A stretch of DNA of 53,479 nt from assembly GCA_934155165.1 (NCBI GenBank), contig CAKPGS010000002.1, forward strand, positions 1 to 53,479, read 5' to 3'. The position numbers were made by a program, and so were the translations under genes. Under the pieces are notes generated by a model. That model saw only the letters and a program-made list of their open reading frames with translations. It had not been told where the DNA came from and did not search any database. Of this stretch, positions 27,390 to 37,582 are shown piece by piece (positions within the stretch are counted from its first letter, which is position 1; every line of letters starts with the position of its first letter). Source of the DNA: an uncultured Clostridia bacterium (lineage in GTDB: Bacteria; Bacillota; Clostridia; TANB77; CAG-508).

Positions 27390-28616
27390 TTAAATTGGTA
27401 TGTATGGTGTTGGATTTATACAGTTTTTAAATCCTCCTGGCGATGTTCTTATTTCAAAATGTAAGTGTGGTCCTGTTGCATTTCCTGTTGCTCCTACATT
27501 CATTATTTGTTGTCCTTTGCTTACTATTTGTCCCTCACTAACCTTTAATGAACCTGAAACTCCATGTGCATAGAAACTATATATTCCGTTTCCATGTGAA
27601 ATCATTACATGAGTTCCATATGAACCTGAGTTATTTACAGCTTGTACTACTTTTCCATCTCCTACTGCAAATATTGGATTTCCTGCTACCCCATTAAAGT
27701 CAATTCCTGTATGGTAACCTGTTGACCAATATTTTCCAGAAGCTCCATATCCTGTTCCTATGTATCCTCCGTTTACAGGTCTTATAAATCCATATGAACT
27801 TGTATCTCCTGTATTTGCGGATCCATTGTTATTTCCTGATGAATTTGAATTATTTTTACTATTATTATTTGATGTATTATTTTTAGGTGGCACATATTCT
27901 GAGTATTTTTTAATTTTTGCTGCGATTTCTTTATCTTCTTCTTGTAATTGCTCTATTTCTTTTTGTATATCTTTTTCTTCACTTGATAATTCTGCAACCT
28001 TTTTATTCTTTTCATCTTTTGCTGATGCTAATTCTACAGTTTTGGCTTGTTTGCTTGATTTTGTTGTTTGTAAATCTTTTTTATTATTTTCTAAATCTGT
28101 TTTTGCATTTTCTATTTCATTCTTTTGATTTTCAATCTTTTCTAGTAAATCTGTATCATAACTTGTAATTTCAGAAACTAAATACCAGTTTGATATTAAA
28201 TCTGAAAAATCTTCTGATGATAATAAAACATCTAAATACGTTGTATCTCCTGCCTCATACATTGAAACTAATCTTTGTTTTAAACTTTCTTCTTGGTTTG
28301 TGTAATCTTCTTGAGCTTTTTCTAATCTTTTTTCATTTTCTTTTATTGAATTATTTAAATCTTCTACTTTATTATCTAGTTCTTCTATTTCGCTTTGATA
28401 ATCAGATATTTTTTCAGTTAAGTTTTCAACTTCGGTTAAGGTATCAGATTTTTCTGTTTGAACATTTTCCAAATCATCTTTTTTTTCATTTATTTGATTT
28501 TGTATATCACTTTGTTGATTTTTCAATTCCGACTTTGATGTCGCAAAACATATTGGCATAATTGTAATAACTAAGGTAGTAAATATTGCAATTAATTTAA
28601 TACTTATTTTTTTCAT
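27390..28616 (-). CDS. Coiled-coil M23-family peptidoglycan endopeptidase
   Basis: Signal peptide, long coiled coil, N/S-rich linker, C-terminal LytM domain (HTGIDF...GATGNATGPHLHFEI). Confidence 0.85.
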   Translation of the reverse strand: MKKISIKLIAIFTTLVITIMPICFATSKSELKNQQSDIQNQINEKKDDLENVQTEKSDTLTEVENLTEKISDYQSEIEELDNKVEDLNNSIKENEKRLEKAQEDYTNQEESLKQRLVSMYEAGDTTYLDVLLSSEDFSDLISNWYLVSEITSYDTDLLEKIENQKNEIENAKTDLENNKKDLQTTKSSKQAKTVELASAKDEKNKKVAELSSEEKDIQKEIEQLQEEDKEIAAKIKKYSEYVPPKNNTSNNNSKNNSNSSGNNNGSANTGDTSSYGFIRPVNGGYIGTGYGASGKYWSTGYHTGIDFNGVAGNPIFAVGDGKVVQAVNNSGSYGTHVMISHGNGIYSFYAHGVSGSLKVSEGQIVSKGQQIMNVGATGNATGPHLHFEIRTSPGGFKNCINPTPYIPI

Positions 28617-28617
28617 T

Positions 28618-29787
28618 TTAATCCTCCGTATTATTATTTTCTTCTACTTTTGTATTTGATGTAATGTATGTTAGTGGATTTACTGGCTGTCCATTTACTC
28701 TTACTTCAAAATGTGCATGTGCTCCTGTTGAATATCCTGTTGAACCAACTTTTAATATACTATCACCTTTTTTCACAGTTTGTCCTACAGTAACTAAAAT
28801 TTCACTTCCGTGCGCATAAAGAGTTGAAACTCCACCTCCATGGTCTATTATGACCATATTTCCATAGGCTGTATTGAAACCTGCTTTAGTAACAATTCCA
28901 TCATTAGCAGCTATAAAATTAGCTCCTATTGGTGCTCCAATATCTACACCTGTATGCAATTTATAAACTCCAGTAATAGGATGTGTTCTCATTCCATAAT
29001 TTGAAGTTATACGTGTATAACCTGGAACTGGCCAAGCCATTTCTCCTCCAATATATTGTGTATCTAAATTAGCTGTAGTAATTTGTGAAATTTCTGATTC
29101 TATAGCTAAAATCTGATCTCTGTATTCATCTATTTTTGCAGATAAAGCTGTTTCTTCTTCTGTTAATTTACTTGCTGCTTCATCTTTTAATAATTTTGTA
29201 TTATACAAAATTACCTTCTTTTTTTCATAATTTGCTTTTATTGTATTGTACTCAGTTTGCTGAGTTTCTAACATTTTTTTATTGTGTTCAATTTGACTTT
29301 TTTCTCTTTCAATTTTGTCAAGTAAATCTTCATCATAATTTGTAAGTTCAGCCATTAAATAATAATTAGATATAAAATCAACTATATTTTTTGAACTTAA
29401 TATAAAATCTAAAAAAGAAGTATCTCCTGCTTCATACATTGTTACAAGTCGTGTTTCTAATAATTTTTCTTGTTCATCATAATCTCTTTGTGCAATGTCC
29501 AATTTTGACTGAATTTCTTCCATAGAATTTTCTAATTCATCTATTTGTTTCCCCCATTCATCTATTTGAACTTGATATTCAGAGATACTTTGACTTAAAT
29601 TTTCAACTTGTTGCATATTAGCAGATAACTCCTCTTGAATAATACCTAATTTACTATCTGCTTCATTCTTTTGATTTTGTAACTCATTTTGTTGATTTAT
29701 TAAATCTGTAAGTTCATCTGCAAAAGTAATTGAATTGTAAAATATAATTATAGCTATTAACCCAATAGCAATTAAAGCTTTTTTCAT
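28618..29787 (-). CDS. Coiled-coil M23-family peptidoglycan endopeptidase (EnvC/PcsB-like, FtsEX-associated)
   Basis: Signal peptide, coiled coil, LytM domain (HTGVDIG...GSTGYSTGAHAHFEV). Directly downstream of ftsX. Confidence 0.85.
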   Translation of the reverse strand: MKKALIAIGLIAIIIFYNSITFADELTDLINQQNELQNQKNEADSKLGIIQEELSANMQQVENLSQSISEYQVQIDEWGKQIDELENSMEEIQSKLDIAQRDYDEQEKLLETRLVTMYEAGDTSFLDFILSSKNIVDFISNYYLMAELTNYDEDLLDKIEREKSQIEHNKKMLETQQTEYNTIKANYEKKKVILYNTKLLKDEAASKLTEEETALSAKIDEYRDQILAIESEISQITTANLDTQYIGGEMAWPVPGYTRITSNYGMRTHPITGVYKLHTGVDIGAPIGANFIAANDGIVTKAGFNTAYGNMVIIDHGGGVSTLYAHGSEILVTVGQTVKKGDSILKVGSTGYSTGAHAHFEVRVNGQPVNPLTYITSNTKVEENNNTED

Positions 29788-29812
29788 TTCAATTACCTTT
29801 CCTTTCTATTTC

Positions 29813-30739
29813 CTACACATCCAAGTATTTTCTCATAGAAATACTACTTCCTATAATACCTATTCCAACACCTAAAATTAAATATACGGCTACTATTAAA
29901 TTAAACATTTGTGCAAAACTTAATAGACTAATATTCATAGATGCAATTACTTGTGATGCAATAATTTTTTGCGAAACAACATTATATAAAACTCCAACAA
30001 CTAATATTGATAAAGCTCCTGCTAAAATTCCTATAACAATACCTTCTATAATAAAAGGCCATCTTATAAAACTATTTGTTGCTCCAACATATTTCATTAT
30101 TGAAATTTCTTTTCTTCTTGCATGTACTGTTAATTTTATTGTATTTGAAATAATAACTATAGAAATTATTACTAAAAATACCAATATAACTCCTGTTACT
30201 ATTCTAACCCCATTTGCAATTTTTATTAATGTAGATACAGTTTCATCTTTGCTTGTTATATTTTTTAATTTGTCTCCAACAACATTTTTAATTTCTGTTT
30301 GAACTCTACTTGTTTCATTTAAATCTGTTAAAGTAACAACATATGATGCTGGAAATATATTATTTTCTTCAAATCCAGTTAATAAATATTGTTTATCTTT
30401 AAATTTTTCTTTCATTTGATTTAAAGCATCTTCTTTTGAAACAAAAGTAATTGTATTTACTCCATTTATATTTTTTAAATCTTCTCCAATTTTTTCTACA
30501 TCTTCATCTGAGACCTCTGTATTTATAAAAACTTGTATTCCTTGTGCAGACTCTATTTGTTCCATTATACTGTTAATGTTTTCTCCTATCATAAAAAACA
30601 CACCAAATATTAACATTGTAAAACACATTACAAGTAAAGAAGCACTTGTCGATTTTTTATTTTTTAATGTATTTCTAAATCCTTCTTTTAGATAATACCC
30701 TATTATATTAAATCTCACTGTCATAACCACCTTTTTCAT
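29813..30739 (-). CDS. ftsX: Cell division permease-like protein FtsX
   Basis: 4-TM FtsX architecture with a large first extracellular loop. Overlaps the end of ftsE. The true start may be the ATG at 30724. Confidence 0.85.
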   Translation of the reverse strand: MKKVVMTVRFNIIGYYLKEGFRNTLKNKKSTSASLLVMCFTMLIFGVFFMIGENINSIMEQIESAQGIQVFINTEVSDEDVEKIGEDLKNINGVNTITFVSKEDALNQMKEKFKDKQYLLTGFEENNIFPASYVVTLTDLNETSRVQTEIKNVVGDKLKNITSKDETVSTLIKIANGVRIVTGVILVFLVIISIVIISNTIKLTVHARRKEISIMKYVGATNSFIRWPFIIEGIVIGILAGALSILVVGVLYNVVSQKIIASQVIASMNISLLSFAQMFNLIVAVYLILGVGIGIIGSSISMRKYLDV

Positions 30740-31391
30740 CTCTTATTATATTACCATTTTCAATACGAATAACCCTTTTGTTCATTCTATCAACAATATC
30801 TTTTGCATGTGTTGCAACTACTATTGTTGTTCCTCTTGCATTTATTTCTTTTAATAAATTCATAATTTCCCAAGCTGTTTCTGGGTCTAAATTTCCTGTT
30901 GGTTCATCCGCAATAATCATTGAAGGATTGTTTACTAATGCTCTTGCAAGTGCAACTCTTTGTTGCTCTCCACCAGATAATTCATTTGGATACATTTTTG
31001 CTTTTCCACTTAAGCCTACTAAAGATAATACCATTGGAACTTGTCTTCTAATGTGTCTTGGTGTTGCTTTTACTATATACATTGCAAATGCAACATTTTC
31101 ATACACTGTTTTATCTGGTAAAAGTCTAAAATCTTGAAAAACAACTCCCATACTTCTTCTTAAAAAAGGAACTCTGTTTTGTTTTAAAAATGTTGTATCT
31201 TTCCCATTTATTATTATATTTCCAGAAGTAGGTTCCTCCTCTTTTAAAATAAGCTTTATTAAGGTAGATTTACCAGAACCAGATTGTCCTACTAAAAATG
31301 CAAATTCGCCTTTATTTATAACAAAATTAGCATTTTTTACAGCCTCTGTTCCTGTACTATATGTTTTATTTACGTTTCTAAACTCTATCAT
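30708..31391 (-). CDS. ftsE: Cell division ATP-binding protein FtsE
   Basis: Walker A GQSGSGKST, ABC signature LSGGEQQR, Walker B IIADEPTGNLD. Confidence 0.95.
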   Translation of the reverse strand: MIEFRNVNKTYSTGTEAVKNANFVINKGEFAFLVGQSGSGKSTLIKLILKEEEPTSGNIIINGKDTTFLKQNRVPFLRRSMGVVFQDFRLLPDKTVYENVAFAMYIVKATPRHIRRQVPMVLSLVGLSGKAKMYPNELSGGEQQRVALARALVNNPSMIIADEPTGNLDPETAWEIMNLLKEINARGTTIVVATHAKDIVDRMNKRVIRIENGNIIRDEKGGYDSEI

Positions 31392-31551
31392 TTTTTTCTC
31401 CTTATGTACATAATTTTAATCATTATAATGATAACAATAAAATAAAATTTATGCAATAGAAAAACGCTAAAAAAACCCAAAATATTTTTGGGCTTTTTGT
31501 AATAATAAATCAAAAAATTATATTACTTTTTGATTTATTAGTTAAATATTT

Positions 31552-32121
31552 TTAATAATCTTCATTTTCATCAAAATCTAAATCTGAATCTATTCCATCA
31601 AATTTTATCTCAACTTCAGGTTCTTTATATACTTTATTTTTCTTATGTTTATTTTGTTTTTTCATTTGAATTTTTTGCTCTTGTTTCTGTTCTTCTTTTT
31701 TATTATTCATTTGTTTATTTATTAAGTTGTTTGTTTTATCTACTAAATCTGGAATATAGTCTAAAAGCTTGTCTATTGCTGAAGAATGGTCTATTGGAAG
31801 TAATTTAACATTATTGGATTGTATTACTAAAAATGCTACTGGTATAATTTTTACTCCAGCTCCGCTTCCACCTCCAAATGGTAATCTATACTGAATATCT
31901 TCATCTTTATCTCTTTTGCTATATTCATCTATTGTTTCTCCACTAAATTCACTTCCACCTGCAGCAAATCCAAATGTTACTTTAGAAATTGGAATTATTG
32001 TTATATTATTATTTGAAATAATTGGTTCCCCTACTATTGTATTTACATCTACCATATCTTGTATACTATTCATAGCTGTAAGCATTAAACCTTCTATTGG
32101 ATGTTCTCCCATTTTTATCAT
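31552..32121 (-). CDS. ytfJ: Sporulation protein YtfJ (GerW family)
   Basis: N-terminal domain ...VNTIVGEPI....ITIIPISKVTFGFAAGGSEF..., then a K/E/Q-rich tail. Start uncertain because it overlaps the upstream gene. Confidence 0.8.
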   Translation of the reverse strand: MIKMGEHPIEGLMLTAMNSIQDMVDVNTIVGEPIISNNNITIIPISKVTFGFAAGGSEFSGETIDEYSKRDKDEDIQYRLPFGGGSGAGVKIIPVAFLVIQSNNVKLLPIDHSSAIDKLLDYIPDLVDKTNNLINKQMNNKKEEQKQEQKIQMKKQNKHKKNKVYKEPEVEIKFDGIDSDLDFDENEDY

Positions 32122-32674
32122 CTCTCTTTCTTAAAATTAACCACATTATATTTATAATATGTATCATTTTTAGGCTAAATATACAGTTTAAGTCTATTTT
32201 ATATACAAAATTTTCAACATATATTGGCATAACTCTATATTTACAATTTTTGTTACCTGCTTTTACTAATAAACATGATAAAAAACTAGAAATAATTGGA
32301 ATTATTAATGTGGTAAACATTATATCTATTGTTCCTATTTCTAAATTTAAATCTAATTTTTGCAAATTTATTTTCTTTAATAAATTTATTTTTTCTTTAT
32401 TACTTTTTGGTAGATTTTTTACAATCTTTTTAGTATCTATTTTTTCAACTTTTTGCTTATTATAAATTTTCTTTAATTTTTTGTTATCTAATTTAATTTC
32501 TAAAAATTTTAATTTATTAAAAATATATAATCTAACTTTTATGCAAAAATTATCTGGTATTTCTTTTAGCGTATTTGAATACGAAAAATTTTCTATCTCA
32601 AATTCAAACCTTAAAGAAATTACAATAAATTCAACAAGTATAATTAATAATAAAAAAAATAATAACATAAACAA
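32066..32674 (-). CDS. DUF2953-like membrane protein (YtfI-like)
   Basis: Call rests on position upstream of ytfJ and the N-terminal TM. Family assignment by synteny only. Confidence 0.5.
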   Translation of the reverse strand: MFMLLFFLLLIILVEFIVISLRFEFEIENFSYSNTLKEIPDNFCIKVRLYIFNKLKFLEIKLDNKKLKKIYNKQKVEKIDTKKIVKNLPKSNKEKINLLKKINLQKLDLNLEIGTIDIMFTTLIIPIISSFLSCLLVKAGNKNCKYRVMPIYVENFVYKIDLNCIFSLKMIHIINIMWLILRKRDDKNGRTSNRRFNAYSYE

Positions 32675-32722
32675 AATCCTTCCTTTTTGTATATATTATT
32701 ATTTTTCACTTTTTTTATTTTA

Positions 32723-33529
32723 TTAATCATATCTAGTACTTCTATATTTTACTTTAAGCATCATTTTCCAAATATTATCTTCTAATGTATAACATCTATG
32801 TAATCCATATAAATTTAATTCTTTACTTTTGTTTATTTTGTTATCTGTTAAATTTTGTATAAATCCTGCGTTTTCTAATTCTTTTCTTGTTTCTTCTCTT
32901 GTAAGTCCACAAGGGTATGTAAATACTTTTATTTGTTTTTTGCCTAAATGTTCTTCTATTTGAGAATGTGCATATTCAACATCTTGAACAGCTTCATTTG
33001 TTTCTTTTTGGTCAAAGTTGTAATGTTCTTTTCCGTGGGTATTTATTGTAACTAATCCTGTTTCATCTAGCTCTTTTATTTGTTCCCAACTCATATAGCC
33101 TTCTTTGCCCACACAATTATCTATTACATATATGCTAACTGGAATATTATATTTTTTTATTATATCTAATGCTATTTTATAATTTCCTTCATAACCGTCA
33201 TCAAAGTCTACTAAACAAGTATGTTTATTTATAGGTGTTTCTCCATTTTTATATTTAACTAAATCTTCATAGGAAATAACTTTATAACCTAATTTTAATA
33301 ATCCATTTATTTGCTTTTCGAAAGTTTCTTTATCTGTTTGCATATAATCGTATTCTATTTGTTCTTTATTTTCTACTATATCGTGATATAGAAATATTGG
33401 AATTTCTAAATTTTTTTCACTTATATAATATTCTTTGTTCCATGTTGCAATTTCATAAGTTGCAAATGCAACAATTATTAAAATTATTGTTGTTATTATT
33501 CCTATTATAATTTTATTATTTTTTTTCAT
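32723..33529 (-). CDS. Polysaccharide deacetylase (NodB homology domain) with N-terminal TM anchor
   Basis: LYHDI, FDDGYEGNY, H...H pattern consistent with a NodB fold. Confidence 0.75.
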   Translation of the reverse strand: MKKNNKIIIGIITTIILIIVAFATYEIATWNKEYYISEKNLEIPIFLYHDIVENKEQIEYDYMQTDKETFEKQINGLLKLGYKVISYEDLVKYKNGETPINKHTCLVDFDDGYEGNYKIALDIIKKYNIPVSIYVIDNCVGKEGYMSWEQIKELDETGLVTINTHGKEHYNFDQKETNEAVQDVEYAHSQIEEHLGKKQIKVFTYPCGLTREETRKELENAGFIQNLTDNKINKSKELNLYGLHRCYTLEDNIWKMMLKVKYRSTRYD

Positions 33530-33557
33530 GATATTTTCCTTATATATATATATATTT

Positions 33558-33696
33558 AGACAAAATAATCAATTAATCTAAAATTTCATCGAGGCTCCCC
33601 ATTCACGACATTCTAACAAAATTTTAAAAATTTTGAAGAATGTCGGAAAGGTCCCCACTTGCCTCGCGAAATTTAATCTTAATTATTATTTTGTCT
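33558..33696. repeat. 139-bp imperfect palindrome with GC-rich inner segments
   Basis: agacaaaataat...aaatttc..cgagg...cgacattct..caaaatttt mirrored about position 33627. Outer 12 nt are perfect. Preceded by a (TA)n run at 33540-33556. Confidence 0.8.
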
Positions 33697-33769
33697 TTTA
33701 TTATATTTTAATTTTGAATGTCAAATATAATTGTTTTGAAATACCGCGTAAGCGACCAAACGATATTAC

Positions 33770-36373
33770 TTAAAATTTTATTTTGTTTCCATAGTAGGCA
33801 TCTGTTAATATTTGTTTTAATTCTGGTATTAATGGTAAACGTGGATTTGCTGTTGTACATTGGTCTTCAAAGGCTCTATCTGCTAATGTGTCTATATTTT
33901 CGAAGAAGTCTTTTTCATCCACTCCTGCTTCTTGTAATGATTTTGGTATATTTAGGTATCTATTTAATTCTTGTATTTCTTTTATTAAAGATTGTACTCC
34001 ATCTTCTTTTGTATCTGCTTTTAATCCCATTTTTTTAGCTATTGTTGCATATTTTTCATCTGCTATAAAGTATTCATATTTAGGGAATGATACAAATTTT
34101 GTTGGTTCTTCTGAATTGTATTTTACTACATATGGAAGTAATATTGCATTTAATCTTCCATGTGGTAAATGGTATGCTGCTCCTAATTTGTGTGCTAAAG
34201 AGTGGTTTATTCCTAAAAATGCATTTGAAAATGCCATGCCTGCCATTGTACTTGCATTGTGCATTCTTTCTCTTGCTTCTTTATTTGAACCATTATCATA
34301 ACATTCTTTTAAATTTTTAATTACTAATTCAGCTGCTTTTTCTGCTAATGCATCTGTATAATCTGAAGCCATGTTTGATACATATGCTTCTAGTGCATGT
34401 GTTAATACATCCATTCCTGTATCTGCTGTAATAGATTTTGGAAGTGATGTAACTAAGTCAGGGTCAACTATTGCAACATCTGGTGTTAATTCGTAATCTG
34501 TTAATGGATATTTTTTGTTTTGAACTTTATCAGATATTACAGCAAATGATGTAACTTCTGAACCTGTTCCAGAGGTTGTTGGTATTGCTACCATTTTACA
34601 TTTTTCTCCTAATTTAGGGAATTTGTAAGTTTTCTTTCTTATATCTAAGAATTTTAATTTCATTCCTTCAACATCTGCATCTGGATGTTCGTAAAATAGC
34701 CACATTCCTTTTGCAGCATCTATTGCAGAACCTCCACCTAATGCTATAATAACATCTGGTTTAAAGCTTTCTATCGCTTGAACACCTCTTTTTATTGTTT
34801 CAAAAGATGGGTCTGGTTCAACACTTGAAAATATTTCTGAATGAACATATTGTTGTCTTTTTCTTAGATGATAAAGTATTCTATCTACATATCCTAATTT
34901 TACCATTCCTTCATCTGTAACAATGAAAGCTCTTGTTATATCTGGCATTTTCTCTAAATATTGAATTGCACCAGCTTCAAAATATATTTTTTCTGGAACT
35001 TTAAACCATTGCATATTAACTCTCCTTTTCGCTACTCTTTTAATATTAATTAAATTAACACTTGAAACATTTGATGTTGTTGAGTTTTTTCCAAAACTTC
35101 CACAACCAAGTGTTAAAGATGGTAAATTTGTGTTATAAATATCGCCAATTCCACCATGTGATGATGGAGAGTTTACAATTATTCTTCCAACTTTTACTCT
35201 TTCAGAAAATTCTAATATTGTTTCTTCATCTTCTGAATGTATTACAGCAGAATGTCCTAATCCACCATTTTCTAGTAATTTTTCTGACTTTTCTATTCCT
35301 TCTTCTTTGTTTTCAACTATATAATAAGCAAGTACAGGACTTAATTTTTCTTTTGAAAATGGATAATCTTGCCCTATTTTCTCCTCATATACAACTAAAA
35401 CTTTTGTAGTTTTTGGTACTTCAAATCCTGCTTGTTTTGCTATATTATATGCGCTTTGGCCAGGTATTTTAGAGTTTAACTTTCCATCTTGGAACATTGC
35501 ATTTTGTAGTTTTTCTTTTTCTTCTTTGCTTACAAAATAGCAACCTGCTTTTCTCATTAAGCTTTCAAATTCTTCATATATTTCTTTATCTACTATAACT
35601 GCTTGTTCAGAAGCACAAATCATTCCATTATCAAATGATTTTGACATTACTAAATCATTTACAGAAGTTTTTAATTTTGCTGTTTTATCTATATAACAAG
35701 GAACATTTCCTGGTCCAACACCTAGTGCTGGTTTTCCGCATGAATATGCTGCTTTTACCATTCCTGTTCCACCTGTTGCTAAAATCAAATCTACTGCTGG
35801 ATTATTCATTAATAAATTTGTTGCTGTAACAGATGGTTCTTCTATCCATAAAATACAATTTTCTGGAGCACCTGCTTTTATTGCTGCATCACGTACAATT
35901 TTTGCCGCTTCTACACTACATTTTTGTGCAGATGGATGAAATCCAAATATTATTACATTTCTTGTTTTAGCCGCAATCATAGATTTAAAAATTACTGTTG
36001 AAGTTGGGTTTGTAACAGGTGTTACACCAGCTATAATTCCAATAGGTTCAGCAATTTTTATATAATCATCTTCATCATTTTCTTCAATAATTCCAACAGT
36101 TTTATCATATTTTATACTATGATATATATAATCTGTTGCAAATAAGTTCTTTGTTATTTTATCTTCATATACACCACGACCAGTTTCTTCAACTGCCATT
36201 TTAGCGAGTTTCATATGATTTTCAATACCAGCCATAGACATTGCTTTTACAATGTTATTTACTTGTTCTTGATTTAATTTCATATATTCTTTTGAGGCTA
36301 TTTTAGCCTTCTCTATTAGTTCATTTATGCTATTTTTTATCTTAAGTTCTTCGTTTTCATCTATCTCAGACAT
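33770..36373 (-). CDS. adhE: Bifunctional acetaldehyde-CoA/alcohol dehydrogenase
   Basis: 867 aa. N-terminal ALDH domain (catalytic ICASEQ), C-terminal iron-ADH domain (GGGS.ID.AK, H...H motifs). Confidence 0.95.
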   Translation of the reverse strand: MSEIDENEELKIKNSINELIEKAKIASKEYMKLNQEQVNNIVKAMSMAGIENHMKLAKMAVEETGRGVYEDKITKNLFATDYIYHSIKYDKTVGIIEENDEDDYIKIAEPIGIIAGVTPVTNPTSTVIFKSMIAAKTRNVIIFGFHPSAQKCSVEAAKIVRDAAIKAGAPENCILWIEEPSVTATNLLMNNPAVDLILATGGTGMVKAAYSCGKPALGVGPGNVPCYIDKTAKLKTSVNDLVMSKSFDNGMICASEQAVIVDKEIYEEFESLMRKAGCYFVSKEEKEKLQNAMFQDGKLNSKIPGQSAYNIAKQAGFEVPKTTKVLVVYEEKIGQDYPFSKEKLSPVLAYYIVENKEEGIEKSEKLLENGGLGHSAVIHSEDEETILEFSERVKVGRIIVNSPSSHGGIGDIYNTNLPSLTLGCGSFGKNSTTSNVSSVNLINIKRVAKRRVNMQWFKVPEKIYFEAGAIQYLEKMPDITRAFIVTDEGMVKLGYVDRILYHLRKRQQYVHSEIFSSVEPDPSFETIKRGVQAIESFKPDVIIALGGGSAIDAAKGMWLFYEHPDADVEGMKLKFLDIRKKTYKFPKLGEKCKMVAIPTTSGTGSEVTSFAVISDKVQNKKYPLTDYELTPDVAIVDPDLVTSLPKSITADTGMDVLTHALEAYVSNMASDYTDALAEKAAELVIKNLKECYDNGSNKEARERMHNASTMAGMAFSNAFLGINHSLAHKLGAAYHLPHGRLNAILLPYVVKYNSEEPTKFVSFPKYEYFIADEKYATIAKKMGLKADTKEDGVQSLIKEIQELNRYLNIPKSLQEAGVDEKDFFENIDTLADRAFEDQCTTANPRLPLIPELKQILTDAYYGNKIKF

Positions 36374-36447
36374 AACTTCCTCCTTAGTGTTTATTATATG
36401 TAATTATTATATATTATAACCAATTTTTGTCAACCAAAATAATATTT

Positions 36448-37500
36448 TTATCTGTTTTTTTCTTCCTCATCTTGTATTTCTACTATATTTCCAGTTTTTT
36501 CTATTGTTATTGGTGTATCTATTAAATCTTTTGCTTGTATTTCTTTAACAAAGTTCTTTTTTCCTTCTATTTTTAATAAGCTATCTTTTAATTCCTTTTC
36601 TACTTGTTCATTATTTATTAAGGTTTTTGAAATAGTTCTTGCTTCTTCATATGAATAAATTCCATCCTTATATAAATTTATTACTATATCTTTTTTTCTT
36701 CTCTCTACAGCTTTACTTCCTTTTATGCATTCAAAAGATTTTTGTACTAATATCTTTTTTCCTTCTGTATCAAATATAGTATTTTTTCTAAGATATGTAT
36801 TACCATGTTCATCTTTTTCTTGGTATCCACTTGGTAATTCTCCATTTTTTATTTTTTCTTGTAATTTTCTTTCCTGCTCTAATGCCTTTTCTACTACCTT
36901 AACTTTTGATGTATCTAATTGCATACATCCTAGTAGTTCTCTCATATGTAGTAGAGTTTCATTATTTATATAATTTAATATTATTTTATTTGTTATTATA
37001 TCTATTTTAGTATTTTCAATTTCAGAATTTATACTTTCAATATCTACTTGTTTTTTCTTTGTTTTCTTGTCCTTTTTATTTTCTAACTTGTTATCTTTTA
37101 CACTTTCTAATAAATTTGACAATTCTGTATCTGAAATATGTTTGTAAAACTTCTTGATAGCTTTAATTCTTTTTTCAATATTATCAATACTTGAAATCGT
37201 TGTATATAAAATATTTCTGTCTTCATTATCTAAGTATTCAATTTTCTTTTCTAATATTTTTAAAATATCATCATCTTTTAATGTTGGAATTATAGATTTT
37301 AAAATTTCTTTATCATCTATCTTATGTATTGCCTTTTGTAATGCTTGAGCTCTTTTATTTTTATCTTGTATACTTAAAATAATATTTTCCAAATTTTTAT
37401 CTTTATTAAAATCTTCTACACTTTCCACTTTTTCAAAATCTTTAGAATTCAATATTTTTCTAATTTCACGTTTTGCTTTCCATTTTTCAATAATTCCCAT
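36448..37500 (-). CDS. Hypothetical Lys/Glu-rich protein (350 aa)
   Basis: ORF only, no recognised motif. Confidence 0.5.
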   Translation of the reverse strand: MGIIEKWKAKREIRKILNSKDFEKVESVEDFNKDKNLENIILSIQDKNKRAQALQKAIHKIDDKEILKSIIPTLKDDDILKILEKKIEYLDNEDRNILYTTISSIDNIEKRIKAIKKFYKHISDTELSNLLESVKDNKLENKKDKKTKKKQVDIESINSEIENTKIDIITNKIILNYINNETLLHMRELLGCMQLDTSKVKVVEKALEQERKLQEKIKNGELPSGYQEKDEHGNTYLRKNTIFDTEGKKILVQKSFECIKGSKAVERRKKDIVINLYKDGIYSYEEARTISKTLINNEQVEKELKDSLLKIEGKKNFVKEIQAKDLIDTPITIEKTGNIVEIQDEEEKNR

Positions 37501-37558
37501 TATTCTTCACCTCTTAAACATCTTTAATTATACAATATTAAAAATAATAATGCAATAG

Positions 37559-37580
37559 AAAAGGCGACCCTTGGTCGCCA
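37559..37580 (-). terminator. Intrinsic terminator after the M23 peptidase gene
   Basis: GGCGACC-aag-GGTCGCC followed by TTTTC on the minus strand. Confidence 0.7.
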
Positions 37581-37582
37581 CT

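Noticed and set aside
27168-27464. 98-aa plus-strand ORF starting inside tRNA-Glu.
   Set aside because: It begins within the tRNA, runs through three terminator hairpins and the duplicated tRNA 3' end, and overlaps the end of the M23 peptidase gene. There is no RBS.
31552-32674. Apparent 56-nt overlap between the ytfI-like and ytfJ ORFs as a possible recoding site.
   Set aside because: Several in-frame ATG codons (32112, 32085, 32073) could serve as the real ytfJ start. The overlap is most simply an ORF-calling artefact.
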